Source of the DNA: Geosiphon pyriformis uo1
Lineage: Eukaryota; Fungi; Glomeromycota
Assembly (NCBI GenBank): GCA_016748015.1
Contig: JAAOMT010000213.1
Coordinates: 92,485 to 156,484, forward strand
Direction of reading: 5' to 3'
Length of the DNA stretch: 64,000 nt
Shown here: piece by piece, positions 62,403-64,000 of the stretch
Position numbering within the stretch: the stretch's first letter is position 1
Layout: each line of letters starts with the position of its first letter
Translations under genes and position numbers: made by a program
Notes under the pieces: generated by a model
The model's input: the letters and a program-made list of their open reading frames with translations, nothing else
The model's database searches: none
Told to the model about the DNA's origin: nothing

Positions 62403-64000
62403 CTTTTTCTGTCTTATTTTTTGTGGAGCGGCAACATAGTAAAATCAACTGTCTGGGAATAGACTTTGTGATAGCCTGGTAAAAGAGGAAAGCTCCTCCT
62501 AAGTTTTGGATATTAACATTATCTTGTTAGCTTACCAGAAGGGCAAAAAAACAATGCCAGACCCTAACGACTGTGTTCATTAGCTCGAAGAAGAAAGCTC
62601 ACATTTATGAAAAACATTGCAATCAATGAAAGACAAACTCTGTGCCTTATAACCAAAAAACTCAATGGGTAAAATTCACATCTAGGAATAGACCTTTAGA
62701 GACTGATAATCAAGACTAAGCCAACAGAATTACGTGAAAGACGCATCATCAATAATTGAGAGCATCAAACGTTACCATTTCTCATATCCACTAAGTTTAC
62801 CCATAACAATGGTAACAAAAAGAAAGGACTGGGTATTGCCAAAGCTGTTCCTGTCTGCATTAATGGAATCAGCATTGAAACTGACATGGAAGTTTCTGAA
62901 GCCAAGAAATACACCATCATTGTTGGCAATAAATGGCTCAAGAAAGCAAAAACTTTGCTTGATTATGAACTTTGTGAATTAACCATTAGATGTGGTGAGA
63001 AACCCATTGTGGTTAAGTGTCACCATTGGACAACTCCCCCAGTACCCAAACAAAACCAAGAAGAAGAACAATTAGATAAATCAGATAATGAAGAGAGCGA
63101 TAAAAAAGAAGAACAAGAAAAGCAAGAAGAAACTGCTGAACTTGTCTATACCACCTTCACCAACAATGGCAAACCACTGGACAATGTTAAAGCAGACAAA
63201 GAAGGAATCATTGTAAATGGCAAGCTAATCTGCTGGACTTATTATGATATTCTTAGAAGAACCTTTGAAAAAAAACCTGGTAAGAAAGCCAAATACAGTT
63301 TTTGGTGGCATGGTTCTTGTGTCTGATGTTGGTGCAACAAACCCTTGTATTCTCCAAGCAATAAATGCAAATTATGCCTGATCTATTACAAAAATTGGGA
63401 ACCAATCAGTTTGATACCCAGAGAAGAATTGAAAGAAATACAGAATTCCTTTGAGAATGAACCATCTGAGATTCAATCACTGGCTATAGAACAAAAAAAA
63501 CCCTCCTCAGAAGAAAGAAAAATAGACATTGAAAATTTGCTGGCTAGAAATAGCCCAGTTATCTCCAAAGAAGGTGATACTCCTGGACATACTCATGTGA
63601 TACAACACACCATCACCACCAGAAAAACTCAACCCATTCATTTGAAGTCTTATCAATCTAATCGGCACAATAATGAGTTTATTAAGAAAGAGATAAACTG
63701 GATGAAAGAACTTGGATTTATACAAAAAACCAAGAGTGAATGGGCTTTCCCAGTTGTAGTGATATCTAAGAAAGGTGGAACACTACGCTTTTGTGTCAAC
63801 TACCACCAATTAAATGCCATCACTAAAAGAGACATATATCTACTTCCCAAAATTAATGCAATGTTAGACCAATTCAAAGATGCTGCTTTCTTCTCAACTA
63901 TTGACTTAACTGCTGAATTTTGACAAGTAGAGATGGATCCAGAAAGCAGAAAGAAAACTGCCTTTATCACCAAGTATGGCACCTATGAATTCACAGTTAT

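Larger units (their letters stand above)
52542..62808 (+). mobile_element. Ty3/gypsy family C, full length and uninterrupted (10.27 kb)
   Basis: LTRs 52542-53638 and 61697-62808, TSD ATGG, PBS TGGTGCTCTCTGTGAGG at 53641, PPT 61681-61696. Confidence 0.96.
49629..64000 (+). mobile_element. Family A copy A5 (5' LTR 49629-50365, gag, PR split by C, RT running off the window end)
   Basis: LTR, PBS about 50371-50388, gag ORFs, LILNSGS; resumes at 62809. Confidence 0.92.

Overview
This window is AT-rich eukaryotic DNA, probably from a fungus. The element families look like those I associate with Glomeromycotina/Mucoromycota genomes, but that is recall and not a search result. All 64 kb can be assigned to nested, decayed retrotransposons, and I found no host gene, RNA gene or CRISPR array. 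There are four Ty3/gypsy LTR families (A-D), all with TGTTA..TAACA termini, 4-bp target-site duplications (TSDs) and no visible chromodomain. Family A has six partial or complete copies plus two solo LTRs. B (4664-19694) and C (52542-62808) are full length. D (11223-16399) is gapped and mis-ordered by the assembly. The non-LTR content is one full-length LINE (ORF1 RRM+CCHC; ORF2 APE-RT-RNaseH-CCHC), one 5'-truncated copy of it, and three ORF1-only poly(A) elements that share the LINE's 3' tail. TSDs resolve nesting up to six levels deep. Most notable: (1) in families A, B and C integrase appears to be a separate ORF after a conserved stop at the end of RNase H, followed by a conserved third ORF of unknown function; (2) B, C and D carry a Cys-rich domain and a dUTPase between protease and RT, and their Gag frames begin at AAAGTGG (a candidate GUG start); (3) the ORF1-only 'half-LINE' family mimics the LINE's 3' end; (4) family A inserted twice at each of two ATAT sites within its own sequence. 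All ORFs are disrupted by C>T/G>A transitions.
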